A DNA stretch of 64,000 bases from Octopus sinensis (lineage: Eukaryota): the NCBI RefSeq assembly GCF_006345805.1, contig NC_043003.1:113088001-113152000 (forward strand), in the 5' to 3' direction. The notes beneath the pieces were generated by a model. The model searched no databases and was not told the origin of the DNA. It saw nothing but the letters and a program-made list of their open reading frames with translations. Positions 1 to 14,462 of the stretch are shown here, piece by piece. Numbering within the stretch: position 1 is the stretch's first letter; each line of letters opens with the position of its first letter. Both the position numbers and the translations under genes were made by a program.

Positions 1-262
1 CGGTATGCCAGTTTCTTGGCGTATAGGTTCCCCACCTGGACGGGACGCCGGTCCGTCGCAGGTGAGCTGCAAGATGCAGGAGGAAAGAGGGAGAGAAAGT
101 TGTGGCGAAAGAGTCAGCAGAAGTTCGCCATTACTTTCTGCCGGAGCTGCGTGGAGCTTAGGTGTTTCGCTCATTAACACACACATCGCCCGTTCTGGGA
201 TTCGAACCCGCGATCCCTCGACTGCGAGTCCGTTGCTCTAACCACTAAGCCATGTGCCTCCA
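1..262 (-). mobile_element. tRNA-derived SINE, family A (3' end cut by window edge)
   Basis: Reverse strand begins TGGAGGCACATGGCTTAGTGG (A box) ... GGTTCGAATCCC (B box); body aligns by eye to copies at 9404, 33610 and 44997. Possibly an octopus OR-type SINE (from memory, unverified). Confidence 0.9.
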
Positions 263-1194
263 ACAAAAGATACATTGAACTAGTTCTTCTCGAAGCAGTA
301 AGGCACCACCAAATACAACATAATATCGCCCACCCAGATGCTACGTTTCCATTGAATGACAGACAATAAACAATATCATGATAAACGTTGCTACATCGTA
401 AATGTATCGCCAGGCTGGACAATTCTTTTTCTTTTAAGCTTATCATTGTTTTCATTATTTTTAGATGAAATAATAGAAAGAAATCCTTATTTATGTGTTA
501 TTCTTTTTGTTTTAGTAATTTCTTTCTCTTGCCGATATTCATCGTCTTTTTTTTTTTACCAAGAGCCACAAGTCTAAGTTATCAATGAATATAAATAAAT
601 GGAAATAGACGTCATTGACATGCAAGCATCCTTTATGTTAGACAGACGTATATTTTTTCTCTCAAAGCAAATGATTTCACATACTTCAGCCAATTTTGTG
701 TATTATCTTCATTGAGTCTAAAATATAATCATATGCTTCAACAATTAGCTAATTGTTTCCTTTCTAAATTAATCACAGTTTTACAGTTTATGCTATCTTA
801 CACAAGCGTGTTAAATGCCAGTGGAGCAGGTATTTAATATCGTTTATCTGGTGTAAAATAGTTCGCAGCCGCGTTGAACTCTACGATACGAACATTTCTT
901 GGCTAAATTTCTCCGAAGTATTGTGGTCTATTTTTAAGAGTGAGGTAGAATAAATCCTGAAATACGAGCTTACAATATACATACGTATTAATAGATACAT
1001 ATATACATGCACACACACACACACACGCACACACGCACACACCCACACACACACACAGAGAAGAAGCCATCTCTTCCAGCTGACGTTTATAGCCCCAGGA
1101 AGACATCTCTTCCAGCTGGCTAACGACACACGTTCTGTGTCCCATTAGTATTTGTGAGGGGAGGTCATCGCTCCCATCTCTAGCCTTACGGGAT

Positions 1195-1240
1195 ACACAT
1201 TGACTCGAGTTTCTGGATGGTTACCCGTCCTCAGTGTGTG
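1195..1240 (-). ncRNA. Hammerhead ribozyme-like motif (type I, degenerate; Penelope-terminal type)
   Basis: Minus strand acacaca-CTGAGGA-cgggtaaccatcca-GAAA-ctcgag-TC-aatgtgt; palindromic stem III ACTCGAGT; stem I acaca/tgtgt with mismatches next to the core. Confidence 0.6.
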
Positions 1241-1844
1241 TTAATCACCAGCTGGTGAAGAAAACTCATTCCACTCGCAAAATACTATGTTTTTTCCAGC
1301 TCCCATCAATAGTACTGTCCTGTATAGGACACCACACTAGGTTGGCAATTATATGTTACGATTCCGTATTGCTACTGTTTATACCTCTCTCAGAGATTTA
1401 ATATAGCTTATTTCTCCTTTTTCGAGATCAGCGATAGTTTGTACCCTATCAAAAGTAAACTAATAAACTAAATGAGAGCTGCAGAGCAAGATATCTATAC
1501 GGTTTCAATTCTCGGTTGAATAAAATTCATTTTTACACAAAATTTGAGATAGAAATCATGCGTTCACAGATATTTGTAATCGAACTCTGTATAACTAAAT
1601 GGATGGATGCTTGGCTATTAAATTATGGCAATTAAATTATAGATAACTGAACGAAATAAGGCTGCTAATCCCAGAAGGATTTGAATTTTGATCGTGGAAA
1701 TACAAACCTACATACTTGTGTAAGGTAAAAGAAAAACTCTACTTCTTCGGCCTTCCTCCCACCTTATTTATCTCCTTTTATTAATGATATAGTCATTGAC
1801 TTACCACTAGACACACAGACACTGGTGTAGAACTCTATCAAGTT

Positions 1845-1977
1845 TATATTAATTTATCGACCATGAAAGGAGTGGAAGTCAAACTAGTTAGGATTTGAAC
1901 TAAGAAACGCAGACGGCCGTAACTAAATCTTGGAAACCATTTCAATGGACATTCTCATATTTCTGCCTCTCCGCCAC
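1845..1977 (-). mobile_element. Degenerate SINE family B remnant
   Basis: ttaatttatcgaccatgaaagga...ggatttgaactaagaa resembles the reverse complement of the family B core at 29164. Confidence 0.55.
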
Positions 1978-2150
1978 TTTCTTTCTCTTCGATTAATAAT
2001 AAACTCTTACATTACTTCCCATTCTGTAATTAATTTTGTTCATGCGGAAAGTAATAATGCAATCTCGTTGTTGCTATGGAAGAAAGATCCAGAAAAATTT
2101 ATTGCGTCTTCTCATAAACATAAGTGAAATACCAATAACGTATATATATG

Positions 2151-2188
<38 letters not shown>

Positions 2189-3114
2189 CGCACACATTTA
2201 CACATTCCATTACCAAAATATGTACAGCTAGTAGACATACACACAAGCCGCCGCATGTGTGCGTGAGTGCATCATACCAAACAACCAATGGCCACTAGGT
2301 GAAAGTCTATCAAGTGTAAAGTATTTTAGTAGTTCAGCTGAATCTCCTTACAAGGAACGTTTGAGGCAAGTTAACCGTTTGTTTTGCATGCACAGACATT
2401 TGGGATTTGTCGTGTGTAAGCCTATAAGATTTCACATTTGTAAGTTGTTTTTCCTTCCTACGTTAATTCTTCATATTACATACCACTATAATCTCTCTCT
2501 TGTACAAAAAGTGTGCATGTATATATCTGTGTGAGTTTCCGGAGCAGTTTCCAGTGTATTAATGAGTGACTTATAATTGCACAAGTTTGTTCCTACTATT
2601 TTCAAACAGTTAGAGAGACGAATATCGCAGTGTGCAATTTCTTTTGACCCAAAATATATAATACGTTTGTATGTGATCAAAGAGAAATCGATATAGCATA
2701 AATATGTACAAAAAAGAAAATACGAATGTTGGATCGAATTTGGCAGCCTGGGCTTCGATTCATATTGGAATTCACTGAATTTCACTTTCATCTTCAAAGC
2801 GCCTGAGAAAGACATGAACTTTCGCACATCTTATTTCCTTATAAGGTATTTTTTTGTGTGATAAATAATATATTACTGGGACAATCTTGTTATTTTGGGT
2901 TTTACGCAACAAAGTAATAAATTTCAAGACATGAAAAAAAAAAAAAAAGATAAATTAAGAGCGTCAAAAGTTAAAGTCAATAAAATCTAAAAAATAGTTT
3001 TGAATATGTTGCGTACGGACGAATGAATAATTATTTGAATCTGTTTCGACGATTTAAGACTCTGATTCATATTATATTGTAATGCTACACAACATATACT
3101 TGAAGCTTGAAGAA

Positions 3115-3369
3115 CAATGGTTCTCAACCAGCTTTTAATTGTGGGCCCCTTTGGCTCTTATTTTACTTTACTGGACCTTCGTAGCCATTCGATGTATATT
3201 AAACAAATCCTACTGCATTTTTATAATTAAATATTATTAGGAATTGTATAAAAAGAAAATAATATTTTGTCTACTGCAAAATTATAACCAATTTCTTGCA
3301 CGTAAATTTTAACAGTAAAATCTTATGTGAACTCCCTTGGGTCATATGGACCCTGAGTGTAAACCACTG
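3115..3369. mobile_element. Probable hAT (Charlie-like) MITE
   Basis: Imperfect terminal inverted repeats caatggttctcaac ... gtaaaccactg around a 255-bp non-coding AT-rich body; no clean 8-bp TSD left. Confidence 0.5.
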
Positions 3370-3627
3370 CTTTAGCGTAATCTGAACGCAAACACAGAGT
3401 AACAGAGTGCAACAACAACGTGCCTTAACTTATAGTTAAAAACCAACGGACTTTCGAGCAGTTTTTGTTTCTTAATTTTAATGAAAACACTTGGAAGACA
3501 TTTGCCAAAAGTAGAACAGTGACAACTTCTTAAACTGTCGGTCAAGTATGTTAGTTCCAAGAATAATTTAGATATATTAAATTAATAATTATCAAAAAGT
3601 AATTATCTTCAAATATCTTTAAATTAA

Positions 3628-3917
3628 CTAGGATGTTGTGATAAAATACACCGAAAATGGTGACACAGCAGTCAAAAAATTGTAAAGAATAGGGATTTTT
3701 ATAGAAAAAAAAGCACCTTTTGATGTAAATAATTTTTGATCTTAACATGGTCAGATTTGAATTTTTTTCTTCTACGGAATGAAGAGCAAGTCCTCTTCTA
3801 TCAGTTTTGGCCAACTTGCGCCGCAGGGTCTCGGAGGAGATAGTTTTAGTTGAAGGCTACAAAACCTGCGACACACACACACACACGCACAGACAACTTC
3901 CGCTTTACATGTATAGA
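3628..3917 (-). mobile_element. Short non-autonomous Helitron
   Basis: Minus strand A|TCTATACATGTAAAGCGGAAGTTGTCTG-(TG)n ... hairpin CACC-attttc-GGTG ... CTAG|T: 5' TC, 3' CTAG, subterminal hairpin, inserted in an AT dinucleotide. Confidence 0.65.
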
Positions 3918-4832
3918 TTGGATTTTCAGATGGAAGTCAAATGTAATTATTTAAACGCTCCGATTAAAAAGAAGGGTTTTTAGCATGACGCGTGTTATGT
4001 CCCCGGTAATTTCCTTTCATGTAAATAAATGTTTACGTTGATTTAAAAGATTTATCCAAATTCGTTGTATGTACATAGTTTTTTTTATGTAGGGTCTTCC
4101 AAACTTTGTTAATCTATATGGTCGTATATTGGCATTAGAAAATGTTTTAGTGGCTATCACATTTTTTTGATTTATTATTTATTTATATGTTGTAATTCTG
4201 TATTATTACTTTCTATATTTTTTTATATGTATATTGGTATGAATAATTTGAGTTTTGGTTAGAGAATATTATAAAAATGAAAGAATTTTGTCCATTTATT
4301 TCCACTGTCCACCTGCGACTTTGATTAAATTGATTAGGAATACTACGCGATGAATATTCAATACCAAACAATCTTAATCTCCATATTTAAGCTGCATTAA
4401 ACTTTGGTAAGCTTACCTTTACCTATTCGCACCTGAAAGGTGGTGATCCCTTTCTTCTCTTCTGTTTGTTATTACCTTTGTTTACCTACCAATGCGTCGT
4501 TTCATTTTAAGGATGCTTATTTACCCATCCATTATGATATTTCGACTGTTGTCAAATACGTTTTAGCGTTATCGTTCTAACCTTTTGTAAACAATCACAT
4601 ATGATTCGTCCCAAAGAATCAACCTTTAAATAAAACTTTTGCTACCACTAGCGAAAGCTATACCTATCTTTCAGAAAGCACCATACCAATTTCACTTCAT
4701 GCGGCATTCGCTGTTTCGTTATGCGCAGGCTATGTGGGAAGACTACAATAAAGGGGCTTTTGTTAGCTTATAACAGAATCGATAATCACTAGGTACACTA
4801 AAACCCATTTTTCTTTTCCAGATAATACAAGC

Positions 4833-5323
4833 ATGCCACCTAAAAAGATAGCCTGCATTGGCAGAAAGCCTTCTGCAACGCTGGCAGACTAAGGAAACTG
4901 AGGAACAGAGGCCCTGTAGACTGTTGGTAAGAGCTGCCGCTGCGGAGTGCGTGCTGCTGAGGCAAGGGCTGCAGAAACCCCCACAAAAGCGTGCTGTCAG
5001 TCGGGCACGCAACGCGGCATTCACTTCCGTCACGAGGGCCGAAGAGGTCCCAGAAGAGAGTGCTATCTGTCGGGCAAGCAACACTGCATCCACTTCTACC
5101 GCGAGGTTGGCAGATGACGATAACCATCGGACGATGAGACTTCAATCTAATGACTGAGACTTCAATCATGCTACTGGAGGCCATCGATTAGTCGATGGGC
5201 ATCAAAGGCGCTCAACTATGATCCTGCCGAGGATTACGCCATTCATCGAGAGATTGTTACGGGAGTACGTCTGTAATATGTCCATTTTGCAAGGCTCTCA
5301 GGTGGGCTGGAGAATCCAGTGGC
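4833..5323 (+). pseudogene. Helitron Rep/helicase N-terminal fragment (STPR-like repeats and start of Zn finger), disrupted
   Basis: ATG CCA CCT AAA AAG (MPPKK) after a ttttcttttccag acceptor; repeats ETEEQRPCRL / KRAVSRARNA / EVPEESAICRASN; then across frameshifts YDPAEDYAIHREIV..ICPFCKALRWAGESSG, typical of animal Helitron RepHel N-termini. Confidence 0.75.
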
Positions 5324-5403
5324 CTATATATACACTAATTCAAATTCAGAAAATAAAGATGTAGCATTAATATAATTTATTAACTGCAAACATTCAACAC
5401 ATT

Positions 5404-5490
5404 CTCTTACAGCTGTTTCGATTTTGCCCAAAGAATTAAATTTCAATAATTAAAACATTTCACTAGGCAAAATCTCATCATCAGAGGAGG
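5404..5490 (-). ncRNA. Hammerhead ribozyme-like motif (type I) at a probable Penelope-like element terminus
   Basis: Minus strand cctcct-CTGATGA-(tga)-gattttgcc...ggcaaaatc-GAAA-cagctg-TA-agag; 9-bp stem II, palindromic stem III ACAGCTGT; AATAAA about 25 nt downstream, then (TA)n. Confidence 0.75.
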
Positions 5491-5690
5491 TTATAAGATA
5501 TTGTTTCCAAATCATCTCAACAGTCTAGATGCACTTTTATAAAATATTCCAGGCACTGTTGTATGTAGAATTATTTGGTTCCTAGTGGGTATAAGAAGGC
5601 ATACTATCTACTAAGTCATTACAAACAGAAGTATTCTAACTGATGGGGCAGAAAGTCTTGAAATTGAAGGAAAAACAGTGTAATCACCAT

Positions 5691-6130
5691 ATTCGTCCAT
5701 TAGCTAAATGTTTAGCCAATTAATCGATCATTTGTTTAATCGTTCGATTAATGAATCAATAGAATTTGTATATATTACATACTCATATAAATTTAGTTTG
5801 CTTGAAGCATTGACAAATATGAAAATAATAATCTTTTTAAGAACCTGCTAGAAAAACAACGGAACTAAAAATATTCATCCATTCTAATCGGGTGAAGTAG
5901 TTCTTGACAGTGGAACCACTGGACAGTATAACGAACAAAACACACCTTTCGTAAAACGATGTTGCATTTCTTAAATTCGAAATTGTTTGAATTTTACCAG
6001 ACACGTCATTTTCGAAGTTACGAATGGAAACTAAAGGACTTATACAAACAAAACCGACTGATTCAATAATTGATCGATTAAACAAACGATCGATTAATTA
6101 ATTGGCTAAACATTTAACTAATTGACGAAT
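5691..6130. repeat. Inverted repeat, ~70-bp arms, ~295-bp spacer
   Basis: 5691-5760 attcgtccattagctaaatgtttagccaattaatcgatc... is the imperfect reverse complement of 6058-6130. Confidence 0.8.
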
Positions 6131-7035
6131 AACAAAAATGTGAAATTGAACCAGTGCATGTGTTTTTATTCGCTTCAGATAAAATAAAATCTGTTTCAAC
6201 ACACAGGTTCACATTAAGAATCTTCCTAATCACATACAAAAACGAAAGACACATAATGTTAAATTAGCTTAATATTGTACCAAGTATCAAATAAAATGCA
6301 ATTTCATATATATTTATATATTTATATATCTTCGACGACAAAATGATATATGCTTCATTTTCAAGATTTACCCGTAATGAAAGAAAGGAAACAAATATGC
6401 TCGCGAACAGAAACAAAGTAACAGGCCCGACAGGTCAGGACGTTCGCGTGGGGCTCAGTTCAATTCTGGGGCGCTCATTGAATGCAGCCTTGTTTATCTA
6501 AGAGTTAAGCTTATCATACTACGAAAGAATATAATATCAGACCACACACAAAGAGTATTGTTGAGTTCAAGGTGGGCCCCTCTCGAAGGATTAAGGATAA
6601 GAACATAGATTTTGAAAAGTGTATCATGCCATGTGCTTATTTTTTTAATGCATGTATATAGGTGTGTGTGTATCTGTTCATGTGCGTGTGTAGTATATAC
6701 AAACACAGACATACATAGATATACGCATGCATACATACACACATACATGCATGCATAGATATGTATATTTATATAGGTACATTCACGCGTACACACACAT
6801 ACACATATGACACATATGACAGAGACAAATGAAGGTCGAATGGTAAAAGCTGTTAGAATCAAATGAACGAAGGAATACAATACGATAGCGCGTTAGAATA
6901 TGCTAAGGTTGAAGAATATGCGTGAGTGTGTGTGTGAGTGTGTGTGTGTGTGTGTTTGTGTGTGCGTGAGTCTATTTGTACCGTTGTTTGCGTGTATGCG
7001 CTCCATCTGTGTGATCTGTGTGGTTTGTGGGTGCT

Positions 7036-7087
<52 letters not shown>

Positions 7088-7221
7088 AAATCACAATAAG
7101 GATCAAAAAAATTGAATATTACTTAATAACATCAATTTAAAACACCAAGTGGCCTAGCGTAAAAAAACTGGGATACAGTAAAAAATATTATTTATATATA
7201 TATATATATATTTATTTATAT

Positions 7222-7253
<32 letters not shown>

Positions 7254-7522
7254 GTTTTGTATTCCGTTAAGAACGTATTGTACAAAATGGAGCTCGTTCA
7301 GCCTTTGAATTGGGCAGATACCCGGAGGAATTATGGTATACTGCCAATTCTAGGTTCAGACATTCCTCGTATGTGAAAAATAAACAGCTAGTTCCTATTA
7401 TACAGGTAAACCGTTACTTAATTTAAATTTAAATCCTCTACATATGCTGCATCGAAACACGTGTAGTGGTCATTAAAAAGCCGTCGAATCGTGCTGCATC
7501 TTACTTTTGACTCTATTATTTA

Positions 7523-7555
<33 letters not shown>

Positions 7556-7715
7556 CACACACACACACACACACCCTTTCTGTATCTTTGTTGTTTACTG
7601 AATGACTTTGGAGTGGTGGGATTCCATATCAGCACTCCTGAATGTACGTTTTGCTCTGATTGTTGGCTAGTTGGTGTATGAGGGAATTTGACTCTGCTGC
7701 CCTCATCTACACATC

Positions 7716-7910
7716 ATACCTATTTCTTTACTACCCACAAGGGGTTAAATATAGAGGGGACAAACAAGGACAGACAAACGGATTAAGTCGATTACATCGA
7801 CCCCAGTGTGTAACTGGTACTTAATTTATCGACATCGAAAGGATGAAAGGCAAAGTCGACCCCGGTGGAATTTGAACTCAGAACATAACGGCAGACGAAA
7901 TACGGCTACG
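7716..7910 (-). mobile_element. SINE family B (headless body unit)
   Basis: Reverse complement of the 184-bp unit at 29211, including the gaaataggtat unit junction. Confidence 0.85.
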
Positions 7911-7911
7911 C

Positions 7912-8779
7912 ATACGACGTAGTCAAACATTAGCACCGCCAGTTCAAATGTGGTCGGACATCGGTCGAAAGTGCTTCTATTCCTGGACGACCAAATTCCG
8001 CCATTGATGATGACACCATCCATAAAATGGAAGCCACCATTTTGGTGGATCGCCACATGATTATTCGGCCACCAGCCCAAGAAGTGCGGATAAGTGTAGG
8101 GTCAGGGGGAAAATTATTCACGACTATTTGCACATGTGGAAGTTGTTTGAACGATGGACTCCCCGGATGCCCACACATTTTCAGAAGCAGGAACAAGTCA
8201 ATTGCTCCCAGGCTCTTTTGGCAATGTGCCAAGAAGACGAGGAGGAATTTTTCGGCAAACTTATCACACACGTTAAAACATATGTCCATCACTATGATCC
8301 TGAGACTAAAAGCCAGTCGAAGCAATGGAAGACTGACATCTCACCTCTTCCAAAGAAAGCTCATGTCCAAACCTCAGCAGGCAGGGTGATACTCAGTCTT
8401 TTGGGACCAGCGCGGAGTAGAGATGATGGATTTCCTGGCAAAGAGCACTACAATTAACTTCACCGCTGCAGAGAAGCAAAGAGGCCTGACCTGCTAACCA
8501 AAAGGGTCCACCTTCTTCAAGACAACGTCCCAGTTTATAATGCGCAGCACACTCCTGCGCTATAAAATCCTTCCTCATTCTCCTTGCTCTCTCGACCTCG
8601 CATCATCTTCTTTCCACTTCTTTCCAACCATGCGGTCTTTTCTGAAGCGGAAGCATTTCGAGGTAAAATCTTAATTCCAGAAGCAACCTACTGATTTCTA
8701 CAGACGAGGTCTTCACAACTGCATAAAGCAATATGAGAGGTGGGTCACCATTGGTGGTGGCTATGTAGAGAAGGACTAA
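7912..8779 (+). pseudogene. Decayed mariner transposase
   Basis: Across frames: RQFKCGRTSVE..PGRP, YVHHYDPETKSQSKQW, PKKAHVQTSAGRV, LLQDN, SLDLAS (YSPDLAP-like), ends GGYVEKD-stop; many stops and frameshifts, TIRs not recognisable. Confidence 0.85.
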
Positions 8780-8789
8780 TAGTTATGGG

Positions 8790-10270
8790 AAGTGGGTCAG
8801 GGCAAAGTTTCAGATCAAAGATAAAGACCAAGGAAGAGATCTTGCGTGTCTCTTTATTTGCTGATGACTGCGCATTGATTTCCCGCACTTTTGAGGGAAT
8901 TCAGGAAAGGATCGATAGATTTGCTGCGGCAGTTCGTGAAATTTGAACTGACTACCAGCATCAAGAAGACTGAAGTGTTATTCCAACCAAGGCCTGCGGC
9001 AGGACATACTCAACATTTAATAGTGATGATAAACAACAAGCCTTTCAAATGGATCGGATCATTTAAATATCTTGGAAGGACAGTCAACTTTAAGAGTACT
9101 CTTCACGACGAAGAATAGACGTTAGAATAGCGAAGGCTACAAGTGTTATTTAAAAACTTGCCCATCGTTTGTAGGATGAACAAGATGTCAGTCTGAAAAT
9201 GAAAACAAGTGTATACAAATCTTGTATATTCAGTACACCTTTGTATGGGGCACACACACGCACACACATACACACGCACATACACACACACACACACACC
9301 ACACGTACACACACTCTCTACAACAGACATATAAAGAAACTTGCAAGCTTTCCCATGTGCTGTTTGCACAACATATGTAACATAAAATAGCAAGATAAGA
9401 TATAGTGGAGGTACATAGCCTAGTGGTTAGAGCAGCGGACTCGCGGTCGAGGGATCGCGGGTTCGAATCTCAGACCGGACGATGTGTGTGTTTATGAGCG
9501 AAACACCTAAGCTCCACACGGCTCCGGCAGAAGGTAATGGCGAAACTTCTGCTGACTCTTTCGCCACAACTTTCTCGCACTCTTCCTTCCTGCATCTTGC
9601 AGCTCATCTGCGATGGACCGGCGTCCTGTCCAGGTGGGGAACCTATACGCCAAGAAACCGGGAAACCAGCCCTAATGAGCCAGGCATGGCTCGAGAAGGA
9701 ACAAACAACAAGATAAGATATCCAATGCAAAGAACTAAGAAAAATGTGATATCTCCAATATACAAATTATTCTGTTGAAAGTTCAATGCTGATGGGTAGG
9801 ACATCTTGTTCGAATGAAAATTGGACGTTTTCCCCAAATTTTTCTGTATGTCCAACAAGTGGAGGGAAATCGTGACAAAGAAGACCTCACCTTTGGTATT
9901 AGGATAAGTTGAGGCAATCACTAAAATCTCTACAGCTTAACCTGACATCATGGGAAAGACAAGGGCTAGATCGATCTGCTTAGTGTAAAATGTGTCACGA
10001 TGCATCCAAACAATCTGAATTGAAGATAAAACAAAAAATAGAACTATATCCCGCAACCAAAAGACACACTTGTCCACTCCCGGTCAAAATTATAATTATC
10101 GATGTCCCCATTGCACCTTCATATAAAAATCCATATCAGGACTGAAACTACATTCACGCATTCATTGCAAATAAATTCAGATTCTTAGTTCCTTTTTTTC
10201 CTTTTTCTTTTTTTTCTTGTTTTTATTAATCTCTTTAACCTTAAGTCTAAACCGACGGGATCGACCATCA
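8790..10270 (+). mobile_element. RTE-clade LINE 3' fragment, decayed, split by a SINE
   Basis: LFADDCAL, SIKKTEVLFQP, FKYLG, KTSVYKSCIFSTPLYG, RHIKKLASF..CLHNICNIK; resumes after 9721 and ends in a C-x2-x..IGL..H-like finger remnant. Confidence 0.8.
9404..9708 (+). mobile_element. tRNA-derived SINE, family A, full length with 13-bp TSD
   Basis: A/B boxes, short (AAC)-type tail, TSD caagataagatat at 9391-9403 and 9709-9721. Confidence 0.93.
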
Positions 10271-10403
10271 TCACACACACACACACACAGATAAATACAC
10301 ACACATACACAAAAAATATATATATTTGTGTTGCCATGATAGATCGTTAGCCACTACACACATTTTTTCTCTCCTTGTGTCTCTCCTTGTTTTTTCTGTG
10401 TCC

Positions 10404-10438
10404 CTTTCTGTAGAAGAGCGTAGACTCGAAATGTAAAA
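10404..10438 (+). ncRNA. Minimal hammerhead-like motif, degenerate
   Basis: cttt-CTGTAGA-a-gagc-gtag-actc-GAAA-tg-TA-aaa; A6 mutated and stem III imperfect. Confidence 0.4.
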
Positions 10439-10526
10439 TACTTTTTCTAATCTTGAGCGTTATACTAATACATCTGTTTGTTTTGTACACCACCTGTCTT
10501 CGTCTTTTGTTTTTTTCGTAAAATCT

Positions 10527-10586
<60 letters not shown>

Positions 10587-10896
10587 TATATATACATACA
10601 TACCTTTGCATTATATATGAATATTATTAGAAAGGTGCTGGAAGCCGGTTGCATTACCAGATAGCTTGGTCTTAGGATTCAGTTCTTTATTCCATATGGT
10701 GTGAAGCCAATCATTGCGGGAGACGGTCACGTTTTTGAGAATTAGCGACATTTTATGCATCGAAATAAGAAACAGAAGTACGAGAAAAACTTCAGTTTTA
10801 TATACATATATACATACATACATACATTCGTATACACATATGTGTGTGTATGTGTGCTTGTGTGTCCATGTGTGTGTATGATTATATATATATATA

Positions 10897-14026
<3,130 letters not shown>

Positions 14027-14402
14027 GGTAATTCGGTACTATCGTTTCGCACTACATCATTTTATTAAATATTGTAATTATTACAACAGTTTTAAAATGT
14101 TGAGCAATCATAAGCCATTTATAGAGGTTTTCCATTAATACATATTTTCATATTAATTGATAACATTATAGAGAGGGTAGATATATAGACAAATATGTCG
14201 ATTTGAATTTCAAGAACATTAAGGTAGTAGAGTTTATCTTCTGACTGAAGAATATTCTTCAAGTTATTTTGAACTGCTAGAAGGTTGGGAAGTATATTCA
14301 GTTGAAAGGAGACAAAAGATATTTTCTATTTATAGAAATAGGGGTGAAATAAATGTCAGAAGTTATTTATAAAGAAATTAATATAAATATATATATGTAT
14401 AT

Positions 14403-14461
<59 letters not shown>

Positions 14462-14462
<1 letters not shown>

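Noticed and set aside
170-262. tRNA-like sequences (also ~9406, 26390, 33830, 44997, 49980)
   Set aside because: They continue into shared SINE bodies with tails and TSDs and lack clean cloverleaves; SINE heads, not tRNA genes.
7430-7470. gcatc-GAAA-cacgtg-TA-gtgg half hammerhead
   Set aside because: Palindromic stem III present but no CTGANGA upstream; too decayed to call as a feature.
10755-10896. N-terminus of the 424-aa ORF and the many YIYI/CVCV/IIII/LLLL ORFs
   Set aside because: Open frames produced by microsatellites; no coding signal.
14236-14284. cttctgactgaaga...tgaactgctagaag as a hammerhead
   Set aside because: No GAAA and no stem III; could be chance.
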